Positions 12,951-25,049 of a DNA stretch of 64,000 nt are shown here, piece by piece (position 1 is the first letter of the stretch; each line of letters opens with the position of its first letter). Under the pieces are notes generated by a model, which saw nothing but the letters and a program-made list of their open reading frames with translations, did no database searches and was not told the origin of the DNA. Made by a program: the position numbers and the translations under genes. The stretch is from contig NC_135830.1 of NCBI RefSeq assembly GCF_964213995.1, positions 7,316,001 through 7,380,000 on the forward strand, in the 5' to 3' direction. Origin of the DNA: Mustelus asterias. Its lineage: Eukaryota.

Positions 12951-13662
12951 AATAATATTCACCCCTTTATTTTCCCTATCAAAGTGAATAAATTTACATT
13001 GTCCTACATTATATTCCATCTGCCAAGTTTTGTCCACTTACCATCCTTACTATTTGCCTTCCCAACTCTTTTTGCTTCATCGGCAAACTTGGCAAGTATA
13101 CATCCAACTACCTTGACTCCCTCATGTCTATAAATCATAAATAATGATGGTCCCAGCATTGGTACCGGTGGCACTTCACTAGTTACAGTTTACCATCCTG
13201 AAAATGCCCCCCGATCCAAACTCTCCATCTTCTATTAGTTAGTCTATCCTCTATTCATGCTAATAATCTATCACCAACAGCATGGGTTCCTTTCTTATTA
13301 ATTAGCCTGTTGTGTGGTTCCTTTTTTTAAGTCGCAGTATATTATGTCTACTGGTTCCCCTCACACCCCTCCGAGTAAGATGGGAAGAGTCTAGTGTGGA
13401 GTAAAACACTGACACAGAGCAGTTGGGTCAAATGACCTGTTTCTGTGCTGTTAACTTTCTGAAACTTTCTAATTCAATCCACCATGTTCCACAGAAAAGT
13501 ATATCCACGTCTGCTCCGAGCTGGGAAACGGAACAGATTAAAAAGTGGAAAATTGAAACCATTACGATCCAGAGCAAATCAAATTTCTCTCATATCTAAC
13601 CAGCAGTTTCATTGTCTCTGGAGTTCTCCACTTTATTGACATTTATTGTACATTTTCTGCAG

Positions 13663-14054
13663 ATCCACAACCATGGGAACCGTCCGTCTCTGTCCTCCTG
13701 CCCTCGGCAGAAGAAATCGCCGCTCAGAAATTCGTCTCCCTCAGCTGCTTAGTCAGTGGTTTCTCGCCTCGAGAAATCTTCGTCAAGTGGAACGTTAATG
13801 ACAAGCCGGTGAATCCCGGGAACTACAAGAATACCGAGGTGATGGCGGAGAACGGCAATAGCTCCTTCTTCATGTACAGCCTGTTATCCATTGCAGCGGA
13901 GGATTGGGCCAGCGGCGCTTCTTACTCCTGTATGGTGGGACATGAAGCCATCCCCTTGAAGATCATCAACAGAACAGTTGATAAATCCAGCGGTAAACCC
14001 AGTTTTGTGAACATTTCCCTTGCACTGATGGACACTGTTAATTCATGTTATTGA
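13663..14054 (+). CDS. IGHM: IgM Cmu4 plus secretory tailpiece (internal donor after 13992 for the membrane form)
   Basis: [19 protein letters not shown]...[18 protein letters not shown]...[11 protein letters not shown]...DKSS|[20 protein letters not shown]. The tail has an N-glycan site and a penultimate Cys. Internal G|GTAAAC donor. Confidence 0.96.
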
Positions 14055-14081
14055 GAATCAATCGGTTACATTTCGAACTGC

Positions 14082-14096
14082 AATAAAAATAATAAA
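14082..14096 (+). promoter_or_regulatory. Secretory-form polyadenylation signals (two AATAAA)
   Basis: AATAAA at 14082-14087 and 14091-14096, just after the secretory stop. Confidence 0.8.
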
Positions 14097-14679
14097 GGGC
14101 TTTTCCTCCAACCTAATTTAAATACACAATCGCTTCATTAGTTGTATTTCTGCTTTGCTAATGTTAGAACTATTTAGTTAGGGTGGGATATTTACAAATC
14201 TCGGACCCATGTCTTGTGGAACCAGTGAACCCAGCTCAGAGACACCATGGGTTTGACACATTCATTTCAAGATTTTGCAAAATAACTTCACCAACTTTCC
14301 TCCCGCTGAGGATAAATCCGACAATTTCAACATTTCTGACAAACAAGCACAGCATTTAGATCTCGGTGTTCCTGCTTCTCTCATTGTCCATGCCATTACC
14401 CATTGGTGCCAGCTTTAAGCTGCTGCATCACACCCACTGGGAACTGAAGTGAGGGCAACACAGAAACATGGAGGAACAATCCCCATCCAAGAGCGGGAGG
14501 AGGAAATTGTTAACACACTGGATTCTCTCTCTCCCAACGGAGAGTCAGGAGTGTGACAATAATTAACCTACTATACCCCCACTTCCCAAAAAAGGGAGAC
14601 AAGGGGCATTAGTCAATCCACTGTAAACCCACTTCCTCAATAAAGGGAGTGGGAGGGGGAGCATTAAGCATCAGTTAAA

Positions 14680-14950
14680 ATTCAAGCAGTGCAGAAGGAG
14701 GCCAATCGGCCCACCGAACCTGCCCCGACAACAATCCCACCCAGACCCAATCCCCGTAACCGAACTCCTCTCCGACAGTAAGGGGCAAATTTGCATGGCC
14801 AACAAACCCGCACATCTTTGGACTGTGAGGAGAATTCGGAGCACCCAGAGGAAACCCACACAGGCACGGGGAGAGTATGCCAACTCCATACAGACAATGA
14901 CCCAAAGCCGGAATTGAACTCGCGTCCCTGGCGCTGTGAGGCAGCAATGC
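14680..14950 (-). mobile_element. HE1/V-SINE-type SINE
   Basis: Reverse-complement match to the 12620 copy. Confidence 0.85.
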
Positions 14951-15154
14951 GAAACGTTCATCCAAGGCACCCCAGATCCCCAACAAAGAATGTTGGAGGG
15001 GGAGCAGTTAATTCACTCTACCTGCACTTCCCCGACATAGGGAGGGAGGGGAACAGTATTTAATCCACTGCAACTCCACTCCTCCAATAAAGAGAGGGAA
15101 ACAGTAGGTAATCCAGTGCACACCCACACCTCCAACAGAGAATGGCGGTAAAAT

Positions 15155-15620
15155 GATCACAGACGCACACGCAAAAACTTAACACTGAAAGAGATGGACA
15201 CACAATTGCATGCACACAGATGCAGATACAAACGCACACTCCAATGAATGCATACAACGACACACACTGAAATATGCAGAAAATACACACACATACATGC
15301 AAATGCACAAATGTGCACTGACGCAGCGCACAAACACATAAGACATGGACCCACAAACACGCAGATACATACAAATACACATACTCAGGCACGCAGATAC
15401 ATGCAAACAAACATGGATACATATAAAACAGACAAGATGACTTACGGAAGGTCATGGAATGCAAATGCCAACAAGATGACAGAATATGGATATAAATATG
15501 CATGATTTCCTACACATATCTAGCCATACAGACCAATGTCAACAGACTACACATGGACACACAAATAGGTAGATCAACAGACAGCAAAACGTTCAGAAAC
15601 ACAAATATAGACGCAATCGT
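15155..15620. repeat. AC-rich low-complexity tract (a second one at ~16550-16870)
   Basis: Seen directly. Confidence 0.85.
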
Positions 15621-16034
15621 TAACATGCTGATACTCAAGAGAACATGCTCGTATTTTAACACGCCCTATTTATTATCTCAATATCTGTGCGTCAGTAATC
15701 ATCACATTAGTTTATGCTGCCATACATGTGCTTCGACGTGCCCTCACTAGTGTTATCTACTCTCTGGCTCATTGATCAATACACAAGAAACATAGAAACA
15801 TAGAAAATGGAACTCGGAGTAGGCCATCCAGTCTTTCGAGCCTGCAGCGCCATTCATTTAGGTCATGGTTGATCATCAAATCCAGTATCCCGATCCCGAC
15901 TTTTCTCCATATCCCATATCCCTTGATCCCTTGGCAATAAGGGTTATGTCTAATTTCTACTTGAGCATGAACGTACACATTTGTAGACATGAGACATAAA
16001 CGTATATTTTTTAAAAACATGGTTATTAAGATCT

Positions 16035-16520
16035 GAGCGGCACGGTGCAATAGCTCAATGGTTAGCAATGCTGACTCACAGCGCCAGGGACATCTGTACG
16101 ATTCCCGACTTGGGTCACTGTCTGTGCAGAGTCTGCACGTTCTCCCGGTGTCTGCGTGGGTTTCCTCCGGGTGCCCCTGTTTCCTCCCACAGTCCGAAAG
16201 ACGTTCGGGCTAGATACATTGGCCATGCTAAGTTCTCTCTCATTGTACCCAAATAGCCGGAATGTGGCGACTCGGGGATTTTCACAGTAACTTCATTTGT
16301 GTTAATGTAAGCCTACTTAGAAACATAGAAACATAGAAACCCTACAGTACAGAAAGAGGCCATTCGGCCCATGAGTCTGCACCGACCACAATCCCACCCA
16401 GGCCCCATCCCCATATCCCTACATATTTTACCCATTACTCCCTCTAACCGACGCATCTCAGGACACTAAGGGGCAATTTCTTAGCATGGCCAATCAACCT
16501 AACCCGCCCATCTTTCGACT
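16035..16520. mobile_element. SINE (+, 16035-16318) abutting an opposite-strand SINE 3' half (16320-16520)
   Basis: Matches the SINE core and tail seen elsewhere in the window. Confidence 0.85.
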
Positions 16521-17423
16521 TGTAACAATAATAAATACACCTTAAACGTACTAACACATAAGCAAACACAAACACATACACAGGAAAAGCATCAATGTAA
16601 TAAACAGATCTATGACAAAAAACATTTTAACACATATATGAGCAGGCATGAACGCAGAAACATGCATTGATACGGACACAAATAAATAAACAGACTTCAA
16701 CACACGAAAAGACGCACACACATTGACAGAAAAGCAGAATATACACACAGAAATTACAAAGCAATACTCATTGGCACAAGGTCACACAGAAACACATGCA
16801 CATGGGCACACAAACAAATCGTAATGCAAAGCGTTGCACACACTTAAACAAACGCAAACACACAAATACAAAGGCCAGGCTATTGTTGAAAGTATAATTC
16901 AAGTTATTTTTGAGCAGACATGTTCTCCAATAATTGTTTCTATAACAAAATAATTCAACAAATACACTGAACAACGTTCTTGGTGAGAAACTGATATAAG
17001 TTCATGACAAGTGTTTCCATCATAAATAAGCAAATAAGGTGGGAACTCACATTCGAGCTCTTAAACAGCAACATTTACAGTTTACAAATATACAGATCAG
17101 CGAATCTCCCTTAAAACCCACCATAATATTCTCCAGGAATAGATTGCACGAAATGGTTCGAAAATGAACTAATACTGAAGAAAGGTTGTCATATTTTCCA
17201 ATATATATTGTAAAAGGAATGCAAAGGAAGAACAGGTGTGGAGACAGTTACAGATTTCGGTGACTGAGTGTCACGAAATTTGCAGTAGATATACAATGAA
17301 AACGTAATCCGAGAATAAATTAATAGCTTACGAAGGAGAATATGAAACATAACAGTAAGATATAGTGGATAAATAAAGCAATCTAATTCTGTTTCCTCGG
17401 CTGTGACCCCATATATACCACAG

Positions 17424-17542
17424 ACCGCATCTGGATTGAAGACAATGAGGATGATAACAACAACATCTGGACAACCGCTTCCACATTCGTCGTCCTATTC
17501 TGCCTGAGCATGTCCTACAGCGCTGGTGTCACTCTGGTGAAG
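17424..17542 (+). CDS. IGHM: IgM transmembrane exon TM1
   Basis: (D)RIWIEDNEDDNNNIWTTASTFVVLFCLSMSYSAGVTLVK, an acidic spacer plus an antigen-receptor TM motif; in frame with the Cmu4 internal donor; GTGAG donor at 17543. Confidence 0.92.
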
Positions 17543-17679
17543 GTGAGAATATTCAATTTACTCACACTTCAAACAGACAGAAGCCGTTTGAGAAACCTCT
17601 AAATGATTAATTGATTAAAAACTCTAATAATGTCCCAGATCATAAACAACCGCTTCATTATCTTTCCTCATTTTTACAG

Positions 17680-17688
17680 ATCAAGTGA
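17680..17688 (+). CDS. IGHM: IgM TM2 exon (IK*; cytoplasmic tail KIK)
   Basis: TTTTTACAG|ATC AAG TGA, analogous to the conserved KVK tail. Confidence 0.88.
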   Translation: MK

Positions 17689-18784
17689 TCGACTGAATTT
17701 TGGACGCTGTAGATTTCCCACAGCTGATTATTAAGATTTCTGCATGGCACAAATATATTATCTGCTCTTGGTCACTCTAACAGTAAAATTCTCTCAATTT
17801 ATCTTTCAGTATTTCTAACTCAGGCAATCGTGGCCGGTATTTCTGCTTTTCAGTCTGGAAATTTACGAGATAAATGTTGTAAATTAAATGTATCTCGTAG
17901 TTTCCCCTACATTTCATGTATAAATAATTACCTTTTCGTATTCGTTATATACAATTGTTTCCTTTTCTTTATGTTGAGATCCTGTTTTTTTTTCTTTTTG
18001 GTGTCTGTTACAGTTGTACATATGTTAGGCAGCTCAGAGCACACGTGCTCTTTTCTCAATATGGAAATCAATCGTTTTGTTCTCTTCTGTGAACGTGAAA
18101 AAAATCGTTTCTGTAAAATGTTCTCTGAATTTTTTAAATAAATCTTGAATGAAAAATGAACAAATTATCACTTTGCCAAACTCCTTTCCCCATCAGGCAA
18201 AATGGATGTCCATCCTTGTCTCCAATCTGTGCTTCAAACCAAATCTCTCAGAGTAAAATATCATTCTCTTCCCCACTGCACGAGGCACCCTGTCCAAGTA
18301 TAAGGATCTCCCACACCACAACTCAGTCTTGTGCAATCTCTCAGGGAGAAGTGGAACATTGAGACACACAATTAGAAAAAAGTCCAGCAGAGGGCGTTTC
18401 AGCTTTACGAGAGTTTCAGCATTGGGATATTGACTCGCTCTCAGTGAATATATGCCAGATACTTACTTTTATGCCGAACATAAATAGACATTCATGATTG
18501 CAACCCAGTTCAGTGCAACCAAATATAGCTACTTGAATAGGCATCTACGGAACTATGGCACAAAGTTCCTCAGCAACAGCACTGGTAGGCACTCTCGGTG
18601 TTGGCATTCTCAATAAAACATTCCCCTCTAAAACATTTTCACCATTGAGAGCAGAACGGTAAAATGCACTGCAGTGTTTTACCTATGTGACGTATGATGC
18701 GACAATGACCATGCTCCAATGTCAGCTGCAGGTTCCTATCAGTCAATGCTTTTACATTTTTAAAAAATCTTCTTGCCTGAATAT

Positions 18785-19020
18785 CATAAAACCATAAAAT
18801 CCCTACAGTGCAGAAGGAGGCCATTTGGCCCACTGAACCTGCACCGACTCCCCGACAACAATCCCACTCAAGCACTGTCCCCGGAACCCCACATATTCAG
18901 CCCGCTAATCCCCTTAACCTACACACATATCTTGGGACACTAAGGGGCAAGTTAGCTTGGCCAATCCACCTAACCTGCACATCTTTGGGGTTTGGAGTGA
19001 AACAGCAGCACCGGGAGGAA
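18785..19020 (-). mobile_element. SINE 3' half
   Basis: CAGTGCAGAAGGAGGCCATT...CCAATCCACCTAACCTGCACATCTTTG, as in the other copies. Confidence 0.8.
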
Positions 19021-19330
19021 CTTCCTATTACTGGAAAAGATAGATATGCTACACATCCTCTTTCACCATATTAATAGTCCCGAGAGACCACAGCAGTTTA
19101 AACGGCTGCACACCCCCTCTCCTTCTCAAGGGTAATTAGGAATGGAGTTGAAATCTAGATTTCCCAGTAACGCTGACATTACTTCATGTATTAATAATAA
19201 TTAAAGCCCGTGAGAGGAATTTCACTGCAGTCATGGTTATCACTACGCTGATAGTGGAGGAAAATCCGTGAAAACAAAGTGACAAACTCATTCAAAAATT
19301 ATTTACTTTCTTTAGTACAATTATGGTGGG

Positions 19331-20065
19331 TGAAGTCGGTAAATATACTTCTTGAGGCTGGTATGAGTCAAAATACAGTCACGCTTTATTCTCACAAGCT
19401 TGAGGGAGAACCTGACCCCTTGAAAGCGGAAGCCAAAGTTCTCTCTGAACACAAGAAGCGTGGACATTTATACATCAGGATTCCCAATACAAGCCATACA
19501 GCAAAGTCCAGTTAGCAGTCCTTGATCATAAATTATTGTTCCTGTAACAGCTTCTGATAGTCTCTGGATCATGGTTAGAGACTATTTGGTATCCTTGGGT
19601 CATAAAGCACAATTCTCCTGGTTGTTGCAGTCAAGGTGCCACCTCTGGTCCCCTGCTCTTCCCGCAGCCTTTCCTTTGAAGTGACTGTGTACGATTGCAG
19701 CTGTTCCAGTGGGAGTCCTCCTGCAAACGGCCATTCTCGCAATCTACCATTTGATAGCTGCTTCCTTTGTTTAAATCATAGACAAGCCTACGGGAAAGAA
19801 AGACTAACATCTATATTTAACTGGCTGTTTTATCAGAATGATATAAACAAGCGAGGGAACCATGAACAAATGGCTTGTGCTACTAAAAGTTAAAGATGAA
19901 AGACATGAACAAATGGCTTATACTACTACCAGGAGCAATATAAACAAAGGGGAGACTAGCCATAAGGAAGGGTTATGTTTATGATACATTCCAGGTACAA
20001 AGTTCAACCTTTTAGGCACAAAATACATTGAGTACAAAAAAAAAATTAACCCTTTCCCTTCTTCA
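19331..20065 (-). mobile_element. Probable solo LTR
   Basis: Termini TGAAG...CTTCA; flanks GTGGG/GTGGA (5-bp TSD with 1 mismatch); minus-strand TATAAA (19467-19472) and AATAAA (19385-19390). Confidence 0.6.
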
Positions 20066-20308
20066 GTGGAGATGTTCCTTCCCCAACTCTGGTGTATAAT
20101 TCGGGAAGCATTTCCTCTGCAAGAGTAGTGACTGTAATGCAGCTCGGGGTGATTCTCTTTGCGATCTGCCGGCCACACAGCACCAATGGAAAAGCAAGGA
20201 AGTGAGGCGAGTACAGCCTGACACACGGCAGCAGGTTATTGAGGGGCGGGGTTTAGAAAGGGTGGCTAAATATCCAAACCCTCCCCTTTCACAGAGCGGA
20301 CAGAGACA

Positions 20309-20764
20309 ATGCGGCTGCTCAGCATCTGGGCTGTGTGGGGAATATTTCAGACAGGTAAATGTGGATGCGCTCCTTCATTCCCCAAGCTTGACTGGAATCA
20401 AATTTCAATCAGCCACCGGACTAAACTTTTCCTTATTGATATATTATTTTCCAGATTTAAGTCATGAGAGATTCTGTCACTCAGCCGCTACCCTCAGATG
20501 TTAAGTCAGAAGGAGCAGCGGTCATATTAAGCTGCAACTATGAAACTACACAGAGCAGGTATGTATTGCACTTGTACCGACAACTCCCAGGAAACCATCC
20601 CGAGTTTATAGTGCGGAGAAATACATACAACAGTGAAGATAAAGCAGACTTTGCCAAAAACCGTTTCTCTATGGAGCTTCGGATATCGACTAAATTCACC
20701 AGTTTAACCGTTTCGGACCTGCAGCTGACTGATGTCGCCGTGTATTACTGCGCTTTCCAGCTAT
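20309..20764 (+). pseudogene. TCR alpha/delta-type V segment (leader 20309-20354; V exon 20455-20764), defective
   Basis: Leader MRLLSIWAVWGIFQT; V DSVTQPLPSDVKSEGAAVILSCNY...LYRQ...RFSMEL...DVAVYYCAFQL. One extra base near 20467 shifts the leader out of frame with V, and the conserved WYRQ Trp is Leu. Confidence 0.88.
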
Positions 20765-20803
20765 CACAGTGATGGAAAGCAGTCTCACCCCTGCACAAAA
20801 ACT
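20765..20803 (+). promoter_or_regulatory. 23-RSS
   Basis: CACAGTG, 23 nt, ACAAAAACT. Confidence 0.95.
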
Positions 20804-20909
20804 GCCTTTGGATTGTTGGTGCGAGCTCTGTTCTGTTGAGCGTTAAGTAGGACTGCGGTTGTTGCAGTGCAGCTCAGATACACACCGAGAGGAAACCAAA
20901 TTAACCCCG

Positions 20910-21010
20910 GATCAAACTGTCACCCAGCAGTTAGCAGGAGACACTGAGAAAATGAACTGCACGACTGCAGTGGAACAGACAAACATCACATAATTATAAC
21001 TGAAGCCACC
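20910..21010 (+). pseudogene. Possible V-segment FR1 relic
   Basis: DQTVTQQLAGDTEKMNCTT followed by stops; no FR3 or RSS was recognised. Confidence 0.3.
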
Positions 21011-22569
21011 CGTTATAATCCCCGCCCTCAATGATCCGACGTCCTGTGTGAGCTGGATGTGAGTGAAAGGAAACACCTCGATCTGTGCTGCAGCCAATGT
21101 CCTGGTGGGAGACAGCGTTCTGCTGTGTGGGTTGGTTTGTTAATGATCATCAGAAAAACAATAGTTAAAGGAAAAGGGGAAACAAGATTGGCCTCAGGAG
21201 ACACCCTGAAGCACAAGCAGCTCATTCTCAATTCTCAGTTACTACTTTGTGGAACATGTTGGTTGCAGATACGCTGTTTCTGATCCAGAAACCCACACTG
21301 ATTAAATATAGCTCTGAACAGGCCAGTTGTAAGCTGCTGGAGAATGAGAGAGGAGATGATAAATGGTTGTTTCATAGGCGGGCAGGCGGGGAACGGGTAG
21401 TAAAGGAGACAAAAAGCACATTAAAATATCATGAGCGCATTTATGACGTTTAACTTCTGTATAAAGGCGACTTGTAATCAACTAATGTAATAAGTCCACT
21501 TGTGGCCACGTGAACATACAAATTTGGAGCTGGAGTAGGCAACTGTGCCATCTCGAAACTGCCCGACATTTGATAAGATCCTGGCGGATTGAATTGTGAC
21601 ATCTGTATTTCCATGTCTCCCCTGTACACTCTGAGTCCCTGGTCATTCAATAATCGACCTCACCCCGTCCTAATTGTTTTCAATGAACTTGCCACCACTG
21701 ATTTCTGGGGAAGAGGATATCACAGACCAAAGAACATCATGGTGACAAAAAGGCATAATCTCATCATTTCTGAGGAGACCTTGAGGAGTTTATTAACATT
21801 ATCTCCCAAGTTTTTGTCCCTGTCACAAAGGAAACATCCTTTTAGTTTGGAATTAACCTCTGCACATTCTATACTGACGCAGCGATGATAACGGAAAAAC
21901 AGTATAATTCCAGGAATGAATGATACGGATTTTTTCTGTATTATTCAAATAGGTTATGTATTTTTAAAATATCTTTAACACTATGCTATATTACTCTGCA
22001 CACAACTGGCCTTGACAGGCCGGAAGGAGATTTATTGGAATGGTATTTGTGATCAGGGAGCTCTCCAAATTTGGTCAGCTCAAATAGTGTAAAACTGATA
22101 GCAATTCCGCACCACTCGAGGTCACTGGGGGACGAGACACCAAAACTATCTCCAAAACAAACCATTTTAAAATTAATTTGACCGAGTGTGGGATTCGTTG
22201 CTGAGTCCACAATTTATTGTATTCCCTAATTGCTTTTCAAATGGTGGTGATGATGTTGGGGCTGCCCTCTTCCAGGCCAGCTGATATCAAGAAAACCAAA
22301 CTCAGCTGTGAGTTCAAACTGCAGTTTCACTATCTTGCGATTAAACTAATACAATATCACCATCTGGTGGTGACTTGCACTTACGGCAGGCGCTGGCCTC
22401 TGTGAGTCTCGGGGAAGGTCAGTCACTGGATGGCTGGAACTGGCATCCGGTTGATGAAGTGCCATTATGGAATAACATTGTTCATTCCCTGTTGCAAACT
22501 TTCATACCTAAATTGGAATGGAAGTTTGCAACATGTGCTCGGGTGGTGCATTCGCCTATTTGTCACCAG

Positions 22570-22855
22570 GCACTGTATAAGAATTTTGTGACCCATTCCC
22601 CATGGGAGATATTGTCTGGAGTTGCAGTTCGGGATTATTGTGTACATTAATATTTAAAATAAATATTATTGAAGATATATGGCACGGGAGATACGTTTCA
22701 ACATCTACCGGACAGATGTTCTTGCTGTTTTGCGCAAAGGAAATAAAACTGTTCTTTTTAATGTTGCCGGGATGCTTCTCTCTGACACCGCCGTGTATCA
22801 CTGTGCCACGGAGCCCACACTGCTGCAGAGATAGAGCGGATCCCAGACAATAAGC
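22570..22855 (+). pseudogene. Highly degenerate V segment with RSS-like end
   Basis: NFVTHSP...C at the start and GMLLSDTAVYHCATEP at the end, then CACACTG (22816), 24 nt, ACAATAAGC. Confidence 0.65.
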
Positions 22856-23669
22856 CCACACATGGGAGTTCCAGTTAGGTACCACTAGAGGGCGGACTTA
22901 CGCTGATAAACATAATCAATAATTCACTCTCCATGTGAGTCACAGGGACCTTCCCAAGAGATCAGAAGAAAACCACAACCTCAACAAGAGGTGAGCAACA
23001 TTTGAGGAGTTATATTAGTTTATTTTAACTTGCATTTGTGCTATCGCCGATCTTCTTAAATCTATTCCATTTAGCTCAGTTGTTGCCCTTGGATGAAGTT
23101 TCCGTGTCTCTAATATTGAACAACTCAATCCCCCTCTCCCCTGACAGGTTTCTGAAGTCTACTACCGCGGCCTGGTCACTGGGTTTATTTGATCCGAGAG
23201 ATGTACTGCTTCCGAGAAAGTGTAGACACAATGAAGAAATTTCACAATGAAGTGACTGTGATCTTTTAAATAGACATTGAGCACAGAATTCCCCCAATGA
23301 CCAGTGAACTTCAGAATGTTTCCTCAATGATGTTTGTTACTATAAGCAACCAAGAATTTGCAGCTGCCAATTAACAGAGCAGGGTTTCATCCCCGCAACC
23401 CGATCCGGAAAAGTGCACCCGTTCCCCTATCGAGGTGCTGAAATCAGCTCGGCTCGAGGGATTTCCTTTCGATATCAGCCAGCTCACAACTGAGAGATCT
23501 CACAGACTCATAGAGACACAATGGTTGACGTGGCAGGATACTGGAAACACTTGGACTGATCACAGGTTAATGAGCAATCTTGCATAACTGACAGTCACAT
23601 TATGGCTGCATCTGCCCGCGATTCTGAGCAACCCGCAGCAGACAGGATTTTCAACCTATAGTTAAAGAC

Positions 23670-23708
23670 AGTTTTTGTGCAGCAGTCAGACTGCTTTCTA
23701 TCACTGTG
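23670..23708 (-). promoter_or_regulatory. 23-RSS
   Basis: Minus strand CACAGTG, 23 nt, ACAAAAACT. Confidence 0.95.
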
Positions 23709-24165
23709 AGTTTCAGTGAGAGCGCAGAAATACAAGGCAGCGTCAGTCAGCTGCAGACCCGAGATGGTCAAACTGGTGAATTTACTCGATGCCTGAAGTT
23801 CTCCAGAGAAACGGCTTTCAGCAAAATCTGCTACATCTTCACCAAACATCGAGTTTTTCCCCACTGTAACACAGGGTGTTGCCGGTACCAGTATAAATTG
23901 TAGTTGCTCATTCTAGTATCATAGGTACAGTTCAAAGTCACAGTTTTTCCTTCTGTCTGTTATTCTGAGGACAGCGACTGAGTAACAGAATCTCCATGAC
24001 TCAGATCTGAAAATCATGTTCGAACGAAAACAGATCAGACCGACTGAATCCGTAAAATTCAGTTCAAAAACAAGTTTGTAAAATTAAAGTAGATATGAAA
24101 TGCGTTTGGTCCATAATTCCCTGTCAGGAATGTTCCCGCACAATCCAGAAGCTGAGTAGCAGCAT
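23709..24165 (-). pseudogene. TCR alpha/delta-type V pseudogene (paralog of the 20309 V), inverted
   Basis: Leader MLLLSFWIV is frameshifted with its donor mutated to GG. The V exon from 24006 reads DSVTQSLSSE*QTEGKTVTLNCTY...WYRQ, then a frameshift, then RFSGELQASSKFTSLTISGLQLTDAALYFCALTET. Confidence 0.9.
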
Positions 24166-24677
24166 CGTTGTTGTCTGCTCAGTAAAAGTGGAGTTGGATA
24201 TTTGAAGACACCCTTTCCAAACTTCACCCTGTATATTTTGCTGTCGTGTCTCGGAATGCTCTCACTGCATTTCCCTGTATCCGCTGTGGTGCTGTGGGGT
24301 TGGTAGCTGGTGAGCTGTCTGCCAATGAATGGATTCACCCCGTGCTGGGTTCAGTCAGAGTTCCGATCGGACGAAATAGTTTCCTAGTTAGACACGTGGG
24401 AAGAGATTTGTAACCGGAAACATGGGGTCACTGATGGGGTTTATTTATTCCGGCTTCAATTCTTCATCTCCGATTCCACTAGAATCGATGTCAGTGTGTG
24501 GGCGGATAAAACCCGAGTCTCAGCTTCATTGATCAGTTCGACAGATAGGCGCCTCAGTTGGACACGAAGCAGGCGTTTGACTCCTTGTAAACTCTTCCGA
24601 ATATTAAACCCAGGTCCTGGTTCTAATCTGAACTCCCTGGACAACTGCATCAGCAGAAATTTCATATGATCTGAAAA

Positions 24678-25010
24678 ATGCTCCGAATTCACAGACTCTG
24701 TTTGCTGTGTTTCGCTCTGACCTGCACTGGGGTGACTGGAGCAGATGAGGTGATGCAGCTTCATCGGCGGAAGGTTGTTAGTGAAGGGGGAACCTTATCC
24801 ATGAACTGCACCACGACCACTACATTTAGCAACGTATATTGGTCCCGACAGTCCCCGAATCAGCCACCCCAGTATCTGGTGATGGCCAGAACAGAAACCG
24901 ATTAACGCGAGAGGATCACTGCCTCAATCGGCGGAGACAGCAAATTCAGCGCCCTGACTGTGAGAGACGCCAAAGTTACAGACACTGCCACCTATCTCTG
25001 CGCCGTGAGC
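24678..25010 (+). pseudogene. TCR alpha-type V with leader and V in one intronless exon; a single in-frame TAA at 24903-24905
   Basis: MLRIHRLCLLCFALTCTGVTG-ADEVMQ...MNCT...VYWSRQ...TD*RERITASIGGDSKFSALTVRDAKVTDTATYLCAVS, all in one frame. Confidence 0.88.
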
Positions 25011-25049
25011 CACAGTGTGACAAACATAGGGTGAGCCCATACAAAAACC
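25011..25049 (+). promoter_or_regulatory. Perfect-consensus 23-RSS
   Basis: CACAGTG, 23 nt, ACAAAAACC. Confidence 0.97.

Noticed and set aside
607-17688. Identification as IgM1gj, IgW or IgNAR
   Set aside because: It has four mu-type C exons including Cmu2, a mu secretory tail and a conventional VH with full FR2/CDR2.
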